A model generated the notes under the pieces. That model was not told the DNA's origin. It saw only the letters and a program-made list of their open reading frames with translations, and searched no databases. From NCBI GenBank assembly GCA_963678065.2, contig CAXXVZ010000003.1, forward strand, positions 1,248,001 to 1,312,000: a stretch of DNA of 64,000 nt, given 5' to 3'. Shown here in pieces: positions 19,870 through 29,952 of this stretch. Source of the DNA: Treponemataceae bacterium (GTDB lineage: Bacteria; Spirochaetota; Spirochaetia; Treponematales; Rectinemataceae). Positions within the stretch are counted from its first letter, which is position 1; the number at the start of each line of letters is the position of its first letter. The translations under genes and the position numbers were made by a program.

Positions 19870-21204
19870 CTAGGAACTCCTGCCGGTCCCGTCGGGGACA
19901 AGGATCGACGACGACGCGCAGAAACTGCTCATCGGCGGGGATCCGCGCAGCTCGTCGACCATGTTGAGGGCGAGTATGTTCCAGTTGATAAAGCCGCCAT
20001 TCATCACCGGCGAGCCGCTTTGCGGATCGTAGTATTCGTGGAGGGTCCCCGTGCGCTCCAGGTCATTTCCAAGGAGAGCGAGGGTCCGCCTGCAGAGCTC
20101 CGCCGCCTCGTCCCGGAAGCCGTAGTTGAGAAGGCCGCGGAATACGACATAGTTGGCCACGATCCAGATCGGGCCGAGCCAGTTCGAGGGATTGTTCGTA
20201 GCCGAGATGTCGAACATCTTCTCGTCCATGGCGAGGCTGGTTATGCCGAAAGGCGCCCAGAAGGTCGCGGGGTCCTGGGCGTGGCGGGCGAGCGCCGCCG
20301 CCTGGTCCTCCGTCGCGAAGCCGGCGGCGAGGGGAAGAAATCCGGTCCACGCCCTGATCTTGATGGGCAGGGTTTTCCAGAACACGCCGAGTCCTTTGTG
20401 GAACCAATCGAAGCGCCGCGTTTTGACGTCGACGTCGACCGAATAGAAAAACCGGTCCCGCCTGTCCCAGCACTCGGCCTGTACGCTCTTTGCGAGGGCC
20501 GCAGCTTTCGCCTCGTATAGGGCGGACGCGGCCTCGTCCCCGAGTCCCTCCACGAGGAGAGACATCGCCCGGAGCTCCTGCACCATGAAGCCGTTGAGGA
20601 ACATGTTGGCCGTCGAGAAGCGCGGACGGCCGAAGCTCGCCGGATCGTTGTCCATGCCGATCATGATGTCGTCCGCCCAGACGTAGAGGCCGCACTCAGG
20701 TCTGTAGTAGTAGCGGTCGTAGCAGGCGAGGTAGCGCTCCAGGCCCGCCCTGAAGGGGGCCGCCCATGGCGGCTCTCCCCGGTATCCGGCGATCAGGGCC
20801 ACCTGCTGGCAGAGAAAGGGCTTGTGCATGTTCATGACGAGGCCCTCGCGGTGCCGGGCGTTGAGGTAGGGTTCCTCCTTGTCGGAGACCTCGATCATCA
20901 TGGGGATGTAGCCGTCTTCGAGCTGGTGGTCGAGGAAATTCCGCACATTGCCTTCTGCGTGTTCGAGTATGCGGGCGCCGAGCGCGGCCTTCGCCGCGGG
21001 GTCGGCGCCGAGGAAGGCGAGGGAGCCGTAGACTGCCCAGAAGGAGTCCCAGTCCCAGAGGTTGCCGTCGTATATCGACCCCGGGTCGATGAAGGAGTAT
21101 TTGAGACAGGCCTTGGGCGCCTTGAGCACGCGCGAAAGATTTTCCCCTATGAAGGCTCGCAGGGCCTTCTCATGCCGCTCGCTCGTCCGGTCAAGTTCCA
21201 TCAT
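19870..21204 (-). CDS. MGH1-like / trehalase-like (alpha/alpha)6 glycoside hydrolase (GH63/GH37-like)
   Basis: LWDWDS, GMDND, NWLGPIW, LHEYYDP motifs; last gene of a carbohydrate ABC operon. Confidence 0.75.
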   Translation of the reverse strand: MMELDRTSERHEKALRAFIGENLSRVLKAPKACLKYSFIDPGSIYDGNLWDWDSFWAVYGSLAFLGADPAAKAALGARILEHAEGNVRNFLDHQLEDGYIPMMIEVSDKEEPYLNARHREGLVMNMHKPFLCQQVALIAGYRGEPPWAAPFRAGLERYLACYDRYYYRPECGLYVWADDIMIGMDNDPASFGRPRFSTANMFLNGFMVQELRAMSLLVEGLGDEAASALYEAKAAALAKSVQAECWDRRDRFFYSVDVDVKTRRFDWFHKGLGVFWKTLPIKIRAWTGFLPLAAGFATEDQAAALARHAQDPATFWAPFGITSLAMDEKMFDISATNNPSNWLGPIWIVANYVVFRGLLNYGFRDEAAELCRRTLALLGNDLERTGTLHEYYDPQSGSPVMNGGFINWNILALNMVDELRGSPPMSSFCASSSILVPDGTGRSS

Positions 21205-21262
21205 GAGCTCCTTCCAGGTTCGTGCGCTGCCCCGATTCCGGCCGCGCCGCCGCGCCGCGCGG

Positions 21263-22108
21263 TCATCCCTTCACCGCCCCGGCAGTCATCCCGTCGATGA
21301 CCAGCTTGTTGAGCCCGGCGTAGAGCCCCAGAGTGGGCATGACACCGATCGCGATGGCCGCAAAGATGGCGCCCCAGTTCTTGTTGCCCCACTCGTCGGA
21401 GAAGTACATGAGGCCGGTCTGCACCGTCTTCATGGCGGTCCTTGAGATGAAGGTCATGGAGAAGATCATGTCGTTCCAGCGGAAGAAGAATTGGATGACC
21501 ACGACGGTGATGATGGCGTTCATCGAGAGGGGGACGACGATCTTCCAGAACACGGTGTAGATATCGCAGCCGTCTATCACCGCCGCTTCGATGAGCTCGT
21601 CGGGCAGGCTCATCATGTATCCTGAGATGAGGTACACGGAGAGGGAGAGCCCGAAACCCGTGTAGGTAATGATGAGGCTCCAGTAGGTGTTGAGGAGATG
21701 GAGCGACTTGTACATCGTGAAGAGGGGTATGAGGACGATGGTCACCGGAACCATGATGCCGCTCATGAAGAAGGACATCGCTGCCTTGCGCAGCTTCCAG
21801 CGCATCTTCACGAGCGCGAAGGAGACGCTCGTGCTGAGGAGGACGATGAGGACGAGGGAGGTCGCGGTCGTGATGAGGCTGTTCTTGAAGAAGATGCTCA
21901 TCTTTCCGGTCGTCCACGCGTCGACGTAGTTCTTGAGGTAGAGCCCCTCGGGAAGGGCGTAGGAGGGATTGACGGTGAACTCCCGCGTCGCCTTGAAAGA
22001 GGACAGGAGCATCCACAGTATCGGGTAGACCTCGACTGCGAGAAAGAGGAGCACGAGGACCTTGAAAAGCGCGGAAGAGAACCGCGCGCCGAATTTCGAT
22101 CTGATCAT
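21263..22108 (-). CDS. Carbohydrate ABC transporter permease (MalG-like)
   Basis: LPDELIEAAVIDG EAA loop, WND. Confidence 0.9.
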   Translation of the reverse strand: MIRSKFGARFSSALFKVLVLLFLAVEVYPILWMLLSSFKATREFTVNPSYALPEGLYLKNYVDAWTTGKMSIFFKNSLITTATSLVLIVLLSTSVSFALVKMRWKLRKAAMSFFMSGIMVPVTIVLIPLFTMYKSLHLLNTYWSLIITYTGFGLSLSVYLISGYMMSLPDELIEAAVIDGCDIYTVFWKIVVPLSMNAIITVVVIQFFFRWNDMIFSMTFISRTAMKTVQTGLMYFSDEWGNKNWGAIFAAIAIGVMPTLGLYAGLNKLVIDGMTAGAVKG

Positions 22109-22118
22109 GGCGCCCCCT

Positions 22119-23003
22119 TCAGGACTGACTGCGGCCGAAGAGGCCGTTCAGCGCCCCGCTCAGGAGGACGCACTCGAGGAGGATGAACACGGCTATGGCG
22201 CTGCCGTACCCGTATTGGCTGTGCAGGAAGGAGGAGTCATACATGTACATCGAAAGGGTCTTCGTCGCCGTGCCGGGACCGCCGCGCGTGAGGGCGAGGG
22301 CCGACTCGAAGACCTTCAGCGTGCCGGTGAAGCTGAAAACGAGGCAGGTCACCGTGATCGGCCTCAGCGAGGGCAGAAGGATGTGGCGCAGAAGCCGCGG
22401 CCCGCTCGCCCCGTCGATCCTCGCCGCCTCGATAATCTCCTGCGGGATGTCCATGAGGGCGGCGTAGAAGATGATCGCGTAGAAGCCCATGGCCGTCCAG
22501 GTGTCCATCGAGCAGAGCACGAGGAAGGCGCTCGTCGGCTGCCCCATCCAGGGCTGGACCCAGGATCCGAGGCCGAGGAGGACGAGAAGGCTGTTGACGA
22601 GGCCGTTGTTGGGCGTTATCTCGAACATCTTGTTGAAGAGTTGCCCCACCGCGACGACGGGAAGAACGACCGGGAAAAACACGATGGTGCGGACTGTCGT
22701 CTTGAACTTCCTGATCCCGAACATGAAGAGAAGCGACAGAAGGAGCCCGAGCCCCACCTGTCCCGTCACCACGATGGCGACATACGCAAGATTCATCCTG
22801 AAAGCGCCGAGGAATATTCGGTCGCCCCACATCTTGAGATAGTTCGAGAGCCCGACGAACTTGAAATTGATCCCCGGCAAACCCGAGAAGAGCGAGTAGT
22901 ACGCGGACCAGATGATGGGGATGAACACCGAAAAAAGATAGATCAGAGCGGCCGGGAGTACGAAAACGAGGATGGCCTTCTTGTCCCTTAACAATCGTTC
23001 CAT
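22119..23003 (-). CDS. Carbohydrate ABC transporter permease (MalF-like)
   Basis: IPQEIIEAARIDGAS, TRGGPG. Confidence 0.9.
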   Translation of the reverse strand: MERLLRDKKAILVFVLPAALIYLFSVFIPIIWSAYYSLFSGLPGINFKFVGLSNYLKMWGDRIFLGAFRMNLAYVAIVVTGQVGLGLLLSLLFMFGIRKFKTTVRTIVFFPVVLPVVAVGQLFNKMFEITPNNGLVNSLLVLLGLGSWVQPWMGQPTSAFLVLCSMDTWTAMGFYAIIFYAALMDIPQEIIEAARIDGASGPRLLRHILLPSLRPITVTCLVFSFTGTLKVFESALALTRGGPGTATKTLSMYMYDSSFLHSQYGYGSAIAVFILLECVLLSGALNGLFGRSQS

Positions 23004-23078
23004 GGAGTTACCTGAAGGGAAAAGTGCGCGTTTGCCGGGCTCGCTTTCGCGGCCGCGGCAAACGTGTCAGTCTGTTTG

Positions 23079-24362
23079 TTACTTGGAAGCCTGGTATTCT
23101 TTGTTGGCGGCGTCGATCTCCTTCCAGTACTGTTCGGGGGTGATCGTGCCCATGAAGAGGGATTGGATGTTGTCCTGGGCGACCTGGGAAGTCTTGCTGT
23201 CGAAGTTGGCCTCGAACCACAGTCCGGCGTTCTTCACTTTCTTGAGCTCGGCCTGGATTATCTTGGTGTAGCTGGGGAGGTTCGTGTTGGTCGACGTGAC
23301 CTTGTATCCCTTGAGAGCGCCGAAATCCTTCATGGCCTTGTCGCCCAGCCGGGTGAACACGTACTTGACCCAGTCCGCGGTTTCGGCGTTGTACTTGGCC
23401 TGGGAGAGGCAGAGGATCGTCCCGCAGTTGACCGAGTAATCGTCCATGGTTCCGACACCGCCCTTGACGAGGGGGATGTTGAAGAAGCCGATTCCGTCGG
23501 GTCCGGCGACGTTGCGCTTAGAGTCGTTGAGGTTCTCGGCGAACCAGGAGCCGTTGTAGAGCATGGCGGCCTTGCCGGAGAAGAGGGTATCCGCCGCGGT
23601 CGCGTAATCGACCGTGGTGATGCCGACGCCGAAATATCCCTTCTTGGCCATATCCTGGACGACGCGGGCCGACTCGGTGAAGGCGGGGTCGGTGAAGGAG
23701 AGCTTGCCGTTCACGCCCTTCTCCATGGCGTCCACGCCGAGCTTGCGCATGACGTACATGTTGAGAACGCGGGAGAGAGGCCACTTATCCTTGCCGCCCG
23801 CGGTGAAGGGCTGGATTCCCTTCGCCTTGAGTTTCTCGCAGGCGACCATGAGTTCGTCCCAGGTTTTGGGCGGGGCGGATATGCCGGCCGCCGCGAAATC
23901 TTTCTTGTTGTACCAGATTCCCTCGACGTTCATGCCGAGGGGAAGGTCGTACAGACCCTTGTTGGAGGCGAGGCGCTTGAGGAGGGAGACGGCGCCCGGA
24001 TCGAGGTACTCGGAAATTCCGAGATCCTTGAAGGCCTTCTCGATGTTGACGATCTTGCCCGCGTCGATCAGTTCGAGGATGGGCGTGCCGGACTCGTAGG
24101 CGAAAACATCGGGCAGGTCGTCGCTCGCGAGGAGAACCTTGACCTTCTGCTGGAGGGAATTCGTGTCGACGAGCTCGAAATCGACCTTGAAATTCGGGTG
24201 AGTCGCCTGGTATTCCTTGGTCAGGTCGAGTATGAGCTTGGAGTTGTCGTTGGTCTCGGGCCAGATCGAAAGGAAAGACAGGGTCTTGGCTTTCGTCTGG
24301 GCGCCGGCAAAGCCGACAGCGACGATAAGCGCGGCAAGGAACAGCATGAATCTTTTGGACAT
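23079..24362 (-). CDS. Oligosaccharide ABC transporter substrate-binding protein
   Basis: Signal peptide ending AGAQ; DLPDVF, WYNK, PKTWDEL, GKAAMLYNGSW. Confidence 0.88.
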   Translation of the reverse strand: MSKRFMLFLAALIVAVGFAGAQTKAKTLSFLSIWPETNDNSKLILDLTKEYQATHPNFKVDFELVDTNSLQQKVKVLLASDDLPDVFAYESGTPILELIDAGKIVNIEKAFKDLGISEYLDPGAVSLLKRLASNKGLYDLPLGMNVEGIWYNKKDFAAAGISAPPKTWDELMVACEKLKAKGIQPFTAGGKDKWPLSRVLNMYVMRKLGVDAMEKGVNGKLSFTDPAFTESARVVQDMAKKGYFGVGITTVDYATAADTLFSGKAAMLYNGSWFAENLNDSKRNVAGPDGIGFFNIPLVKGGVGTMDDYSVNCGTILCLSQAKYNAETADWVKYVFTRLGDKAMKDFGALKGYKVTSTNTNLPSYTKIIQAELKKVKNAGLWFEANFDSKTSQVAQDNIQSLFMGTITPEQYWKEIDAANKEYQASK

Positions 24363-24392
24363 TCTCGCTACCTCCTGAATCGTGTTCTACGC

Positions 24393-24436
24393 AATGAGCG
24401 TTTCACCAGTGTAGGAGGACAATTCGAATAAGTCAA
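24393..24436 (-). promoter_or_regulatory. Sigma70 promoter (TTGACT-N17-TACACT) with a LacI-type operator-like site at the start site
   Basis: -35 at 24431-24436, -10 at 24408-24413; GTGAAACGCTCAT just downstream on the minus strand. Confidence 0.55.
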
Positions 24437-24662
24437 GAAAAAATAGAAAATATTCGAAAGCCTATTTCTATCGATAATCCTGCATTTATCCGCGTAATTC
24501 AGTGTTTTTATTTTCTATTTTTTTCGAAATAGCCAAATGCAGGAAAATGGGGAAGCGCGGGAGGCGTGGCCGCCATGGCGGCGGCCGACAGCATGGTGGC
24601 CACAGGAGGGCGATCGCCCTCTGCCGGCGGCAGAGGGGTCGGGCCATTCTACCCGGAGATAT

Positions 24663-26789
24663 TCAATCCGGTCGGGGCGAAGGCTGGAGCGGCCCTTTGC
24701 CGGCGGATGGCAGCGTCTGTCGCCCTAGCCAGAGCACCGAGGTGACGAGGCGTGGATAGAGGCGGGATCCCAGGTCTTTGCCGGTCGAGGAATCGACCTG
24801 GTCGGTCGCGGCGAAGTCGGCGCTGCCCGTTCTGAGCCAGCGCGCGTGCACTGTGTCCCGTCTCGTCCGCTCATCGGCGAATCCGAGGACGGTTTCGGCC
24901 ACGTACTGGTTCAGGAAAATCTTGCTGAGCCAGGTGTTCCTGCTCGTGGAGGAGAGTTTCCATCCGCCCGAGGCGGCGTCGAGGCAGAGCCCGGGTACGA
25001 GCACTGTGTCGAGGTGGCGCCTGAGGGCGCACACGAAAAGGCCGTACGGGCCGTCGGGCTCGACCGCCTCCGGGGCGCCACAGAAGCCCGGGTAGGCCAG
25101 CCCTTCCACCGCGGGAATGATGGAGGAGCGGTTGTCGCTCTCGAAGACGGCGGGGATGTAGCCCTCGGGTTCCAGCATCTTGTCGGTTATGGTGGCGGCT
25201 GCCGCCTGAGCCGCCGAGCCCGCGTCCCTCGCTTCGGCTGAGCCTGAGCCGTCCATCCTGCGGAAAAGCGCCTCGAGACAGACCAGGGCCGCCCAGGCCT
25301 TCACGGCCAGATAGAGGTTGTTGCGCGCCTGGCCGAGACTTATGTCGAGCGAATCGTAGGTTGTGATTTCTGCCCCACCCTCGCAGCGGTCCGAATCGCA
25401 GTCCATCACGCCGTCGCCGTTCGCGTCCCGCGCCCGTATCGAGCGCAGGCAGGAAAGGAGGGTGGATCGACGATTGCGGGCCCAGCCGAGGTCGTCGGCG
25501 AGGCTCGCGTAGAGGCATGCCGAAATCGACCAGTTGAGGGTTTCCTCGTAGCTCATGAAACTGAAGCAGTCCGTGAGCCCCGGCATCTCGTAGGCCGAGC
25601 AGCCGGGAGGAGTAAAACAGTCGTCGATTCCCTGATCGTGTGCGAAGGCGATGCCGAGCGAGTCCTCGTATGAGGAATGCTCCGCGAAGGACTCGAGTTC
25701 GTTGCGCAGCGTCCAGGGCGAAAAACGGACTTCCCAGAAAGCCTGGTCGACGGTGAGGTCGAGGGTGTTCATCATCTGGTACTCGCCCTCGTTGACCACG
25801 AAGACCGGCTCGCCCGATTCGGAGAGGAGGAGCTCGGTGCTGGCCGTGTAGCTGTGGGCCGCGTGCGCGAGAAGAAAGCTGCGATCCTCCGAGAGACCGG
25901 AATCTTCCATCGCACTGTCGAGACGCTCGGCCCTGAACAACGATTCCGCCTGCTCGTCGAGGGCGCTCTCGAGCACGTCTTCCAGGTCCTTGAAAAGACA
26001 GCTGTAATAGCTGTGCGCCGGCCGCCCGGCGGTCACGATGCCGTCCCGGAACACGCCGAGGGCTATCACGTACTCGGCTCTCTCTCCGGGGGCGATCCTG
26101 AAGCGGAGGCCGCCCTCGGAGGCCAGGCGCCTGAGGGGGCGGTCGCCGTTGAACGCCGCGTCGACGACGGACCAGTCCATCACCTCTTCGATCCCGGCTC
26201 CGGGCCGCGTCGCGAAACCGAACGCGGTGTCGGCGGCCATGCCGAGGAGTCCGCTTCCCGTGGAGTCGGAGAGCGGCCGGCAAAGGCCCTGCATGCCGAA
26301 GAGCCCGGTCATCGGGCTTTTCCCCTTGGAATTGTCAAACCGCAGGCGAAGAAGGAGGGAAGGCCGGAGCGAAGAGCGGGCGGACGCAGGATCCACCGAC
26401 TGCGGGTCGGGCACCTCGCCGAAGAAGGAGAAGACCCGGAACGAGAGGGCGCCGGCCCGCCATTCTTCGCCGGAGAGGGAGACCCATCGCTCGATTTCAC
26501 TTGGGACAAAGTATGCGGCGTGGCGCTGGTTGTCGCTCCGGCTCGAATCGACCTCGTCCTCGCGATACGCCGAGGCGCCGAGGCCGAAGCGCATGCCGGC
26601 GGAAAAGGGGAGCAGGCGAGGCTCGCCGCGCCCGATCCGGTAGCCGACGAAGAGTCCCGAGCGGGGCGGGCGAACATCGCCGATGACGACTCCCGCGCCC
26701 CTGCCGACCCGGCCCAGGACGAGGGAGGCGTACGCACCCCACATTCCGTGCTGCGAGTAATAGTCTATTTCGGGTACACGTACTGCCAT
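24663..26789 (-). CDS. Beta-xylosidase, glycoside hydrolase family 52
   Basis: YSQHGMWGAYAS, VNEGEYQMMNTLDLTVD, CFSFMSYEE, EITTYDSLD.SLGQARNNLYLA, KLSSTSRNTWLSKIFL, YPRLVTS. Confidence 0.9.
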   Translation of the reverse strand: MAVRVPEIDYYSQHGMWGAYASLVLGRVGRGAGVVIGDVRPPRSGLFVGYRIGRGEPRLLPFSAGMRFGLGASAYREDEVDSSRSDNQRHAAYFVPSEIERWVSLSGEEWRAGALSFRVFSFFGEVPDPQSVDPASARSSLRPSLLLRLRFDNSKGKSPMTGLFGMQGLCRPLSDSTGSGLLGMAADTAFGFATRPGAGIEEVMDWSVVDAAFNGDRPLRRLASEGGLRFRIAPGERAEYVIALGVFRDGIVTAGRPAHSYYSCLFKDLEDVLESALDEQAESLFRAERLDSAMEDSGLSEDRSFLLAHAAHSYTASTELLLSESGEPVFVVNEGEYQMMNTLDLTVDQAFWEVRFSPWTLRNELESFAEHSSYEDSLGIAFAHDQGIDDCFTPPGCSAYEMPGLTDCFSFMSYEETLNWSISACLYASLADDLGWARNRRSTLLSCLRSIRARDANGDGVMDCDSDRCEGGAEITTYDSLDISLGQARNNLYLAVKAWAALVCLEALFRRMDGSGSAEARDAGSAAQAAAATITDKMLEPEGYIPAVFESDNRSSIIPAVEGLAYPGFCGAPEAVEPDGPYGLFVCALRRHLDTVLVPGLCLDAASGGWKLSSTSRNTWLSKIFLNQYVAETVLGFADERTRRDTVHARWLRTGSADFAATDQVDSSTGKDLGSRLYPRLVTSVLWLGRQTLPSAGKGPLQPSPRPD

Positions 26790-27057
26790 GGTTCATTTTC
26801 CTCGTTCGCGCTGTCTTCGCCTTCGGCGCCGCCGTTGGCGTCGCTGGCAGCGGCATCAACGGCGGCGACATTCTCCGGTGATGATACCGCCGGATTCGGG
26901 CTTTGCTCATCGGGATTGCGGCCATTTAATCCATCGGTCTTTTTACCTATGCCTGTCCTCTGCCCTCGCCCGGACCGCCGCCAGTCCGTGGCCTGCCTAG
27001 GCTCGCCTGGCCCACCCGGTTCGCCAGGCCATCGGATCCCCCGGAGGCGGCCGCGGC

Positions 27058-27702
27058 CTAGTCGCGCGAGGCCCACTCGACCGCGAACTTGCGCAGGTCG
27101 GCGGCGGATGGCAGGCCGAGTTTGTCCTTGATGTGGTCGCGGTAGGCGTTGACGGTCTTCACGGATATCCCGAGACGCTCCGCGATCTCGGCCGCGCCGC
27201 AGCCCTTGCCGATGAGGGTGAAGACCTCCAGTTCCCGGTCCGAGAGCCTCGTCACGGGATCGACGTCGGATTTGCCCCCGACGATACCCTCGAGCATGCG
27301 CTGGCGCAGCTCCTCGCTCACCGCGATCCGCCCTTCGAGGACGGTTCGCACCGCGGCCAGAAGGACGCTGGGACTCTCGTGTTTCATCACGAAGCCGCGG
27401 GCTCCAGCCTTGAGCGCCCGCTCTCCGTAGAGGTTCTCTTCGTGCATGGACACGATCAGAACGAGAATCTCCGGGTAGTCGCGCCTGATCACGTGCACGA
27501 GTTCGAGGCCGCTTTGCCCTTGCAAGGATATGTCGACGATCGCGAGCCTCGGCCGGGATGCACCGAGGAGTCCGATCGCCTCGGCGACGCTTCCGGCCTC
27601 GCCCGCGCAGTCGAGGTGCAGCTCCTGGCTTATGAGCATCGTAACCCCGTGGCGATAGAGAGGATGGTCGTCGACGACAATGAAAGTCGGCCGTATCGAC
27701 AT
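27058..27702 (-). CDS. NarL/LuxR family response regulator
   Basis: VDDHP, VDISL, SMH, FVMK, LSDRELEV and KTVNAYRDHIKDKL. Confidence 0.92.
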   Translation of the reverse strand: MSIRPTFIVVDDHPLYRHGVTMLISQELHLDCAGEAGSVAEAIGLLGASRPRLAIVDISLQGQSGLELVHVIRRDYPEILVLIVSMHEENLYGERALKAGARGFVMKHESPSVLLAAVRTVLEGRIAVSEELRQRMLEGIVGGKSDVDPVTRLSDRELEVFTLIGKGCGAAEIAERLGISVKTVNAYRDHIKDKLGLPSAADLRKFAVEWASRD

Positions 27703-27705
27703 ATT

Positions 27706-29952
27706 CTACCTCGCCATCTTGCAGGTGATCGTCGTGCCCTGGTTCTTCGACCAGATGTGCAGCTCGCCGCCTATGACGCTCGCCCTGTACTTGAGTATCT
27801 GGAGCCCCATGCCGTTTTCCTCCCTGGCGCCCGCGGGAATGCCGATTCCGTCATCGCTCACCTCTACCGTGACGTTTTCGCGGTCCATGTAGAGCCCCAC
27901 CCTGATCTCCGTGGCCTGCGCGTGTTTGACCGCGTTGCTCAGAGCTTCCTGCACGATCCTGTACAGGTGGAGAGCCTTCCGGGAATCGCGCACCACGAAT
28001 CCTTTCGTAAGCTCGAATTTGATCTCGACTTCGTTCTGCTCGCGCGCCGCCTGGACGAGGCGCTCCACCGCCGAAACTATGCCCTTAGCCTCGAGTTCCG
28101 CCGGGTAAAGGCCCCTGGCGATGCCTTTCGCCTTGGCCGCCGTCTCGCCGGAGCGCCTGGCGATGGCGGCTGCGGCCTCAGCCTCCTCCGGCAGGCCTGC
28201 ACGAACGAGCTTGCCCTCGAGGACGGCGGCCATAATGCCGAGAACGGCGATGTCCTGACAGAGATTGTCGTGGAGATCGCGCCCGATGTCGCCCATGATG
28301 AGATTGGATATCTCCAGAAGCTCGCGCTCGAGGTTCTTCCGGCGGGCCATCTCGTCGACGAGGCGGGCGTTCGCCATCGAGAGTTCGAGAGTGCGGATGC
28401 GCACGTTCCGCTCGAGGTTCCGCTCCCTGTCGCGCTCGGCCGCCATGAGCATGGCGCCCTTGATGGCGCTCGACACCTGGTCGCGGAGGGCGTTGTACAC
28501 GCGTCTGTCGGTCGAATCGGCCGTGCAGATGAGGTATCCCAGTCTGTCGTCGCCGAAGCACAGAGGCTCGCAGACGTAGGCGCTCCAGTTCCCCGGCAGG
28601 CCGCCGGGTATGAGCTCCGCCGTTCTGAAGCGCATGCCGCAAGGAGCGAGGATGCGGACGCCGGCGCCGTCCGCCGCGAGGAAAAGCTTCGACCACTCCG
28701 GCGAGGCGCCCTTCGATTCGAAGAGGCTGAGCCAGCAGCCGCTCATCCCGAGCTCCCGCGTGCTGCGGGCTATCTCCTTGAGAATGACCTCGATCCTGAA
28801 GGACGAGACGAGGGAAGCTTCGATCTCGCCGAGCACCGCCGCCCGTTTCTCGGTGAGAAGGCTCTGGGAGGCGAGATAGCGGCATTCGCCTTCGGCGACG
28901 GCGAGGAGAACCTCGTCCCGCAGCTCGGGGGATATCGTCCGCCTGCGGAGCCAGCCGGGGTTCCTGCCCTCGCGTATCTCCCGGTTCACTTCGGACGAGA
29001 TAGTCGCGAGGGATGTGATCGGGTGTCCGTCGCCCGCCTTTCGCGGCCCTTCGGGCTCGGGAGCGTAGAGGCAGCCGCAGGACTCCCGTATCACGAAGGA
29101 TACGGGAAGATGGACCGCGGGCTCACTCTGCGCGAGGCCAAGTTTCGCGGCCATGCGGCGGACCGCCATGCGGCCGAGTTCGGCGGCGGGCTGCCGCACC
29201 GTAGTGAGGGGAGGCACGGAAAACCGGCTGTCCTCGGTGTCGTCGAAGCCGGTGACGGAGACCGCGCGCGGGACCTCGATGCCACGATCGGCGAGGGCGA
29301 TCATCGCGCCGAAAGCCATGAGATCGTTGGCCGCGACGATCGCGTCCACCTGGCCACCGGACTCAAGGAAGCGGGCTACCTTCCCGTAGGCCTCCTCTTT
29401 GCTGAAGTCGCCGTAGAGAACATCGATCGTGCCCGAACCCAGGACGAGGTCGGAGGCCCTGCGCAGGAACTCGGCCTTGCGGGCCTCGGATTCGATGTGT
29501 CCCTTGGGCCCGGCCAGAAAGAGGAAACGGCTCCTTCCATGGACCCGCACCAGATGCTCCGCGATGGAGCTCATCCCTCCCGACGCGTCGATCCGGACAC
29601 TCTCTACGCCCGGGAACTCTATCCCGACCGTGACGAGCTCCATGCCGCGGAATCGCCCTAGAAACGCGATCTGCTCCTCGTTCGATATGTATGTGCCGAT
29701 GACATTCGACATGACGATGAGGCCGGCGATTTCGCTGTGTTCGGCGAGGTCGAAGGCGATATTGTCGAGGGCTTCGTACCCGATGGGGCTGCCGATCCGC
29801 TGACCGCCGAAGAAGACGAGGGCGGCGCCCAGACGCTCCGCCTCGGCCACCGCGCCGGTCCAGACGGCGTGCTGGTAGGCTTCGTCGAAGCGCGCCGCGA
29901 GGAAGCCGATCGCCGGCGATTTCCTGGCCTTCCGCGCTGAGTCGACTCGCAT
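27706..29952 (-). CDS. Histidine kinase (HisKA_3/HATPase) with an N-terminal LacI/GalR-type sugar-binding domain
   Basis: AIVAANDLMAFG, VTGFDD, PPLTTVRQP and VIRESCGC, then RDLHDNLCQ, RIVQEALSNAVKHA, DDGIG, GMGL. The chosen ATG overlaps the GH43 stop; alternative start at 29970. Confidence 0.85.
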   Translation of the reverse strand: MRVDSARKARKSPAIGFLAARFDEAYQHAVWTGAVAEAERLGAALVFFGGQRIGSPIGYEALDNIAFDLAEHSEIAGLIVMSNVIGTYISNEEQIAFLGRFRGMELVTVGIEFPGVESVRIDASGGMSSIAEHLVRVHGRSRFLFLAGPKGHIESEARKAEFLRRASDLVLGSGTIDVLYGDFSKEEAYGKVARFLESGGQVDAIVAANDLMAFGAMIALADRGIEVPRAVSVTGFDDTEDSRFSVPPLTTVRQPAAELGRMAVRRMAAKLGLAQSEPAVHLPVSFVIRESCGCLYAPEPEGPRKAGDGHPITSLATISSEVNREIREGRNPGWLRRRTISPELRDEVLLAVAEGECRYLASQSLLTEKRAAVLGEIEASLVSSFRIEVILKEIARSTRELGMSGCWLSLFESKGASPEWSKLFLAADGAGVRILAPCGMRFRTAELIPGGLPGNWSAYVCEPLCFGDDRLGYLICTADSTDRRVYNALRDQVSSAIKGAMLMAAERDRERNLERNVRIRTLELSMANARLVDEMARRKNLERELLEISNLIMGDIGRDLHDNLCQDIAVLGIMAAVLEGKLVRAGLPEEAEAAAAIARRSGETAAKAKGIARGLYPAELEAKGIVSAVERLVQAAREQNEVEIKFELTKGFVVRDSRKALHLYRIVQEALSNAVKHAQATEIRVGLYMDRENVTVEVSDDGIGIPAGAREENGMGLQILKYRASVIGGELHIWSKNQGTTITCKMAR

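Noticed and set aside
26765..27076. 103-aa ORF between the response regulator and GH52
   Set aside because: Overlaps both neighbours, low complexity and no motif; more likely intergenic sequence.
27133..29661. 842-aa plus-strand ORF (likewise 36025-38013, 42301-44256, 60209-61840, 48912-50429, 10628-11989)
   Set aside because: Antisense shadows of well-supported genes, expected from GC-rich codon bias; no recognisable motifs.
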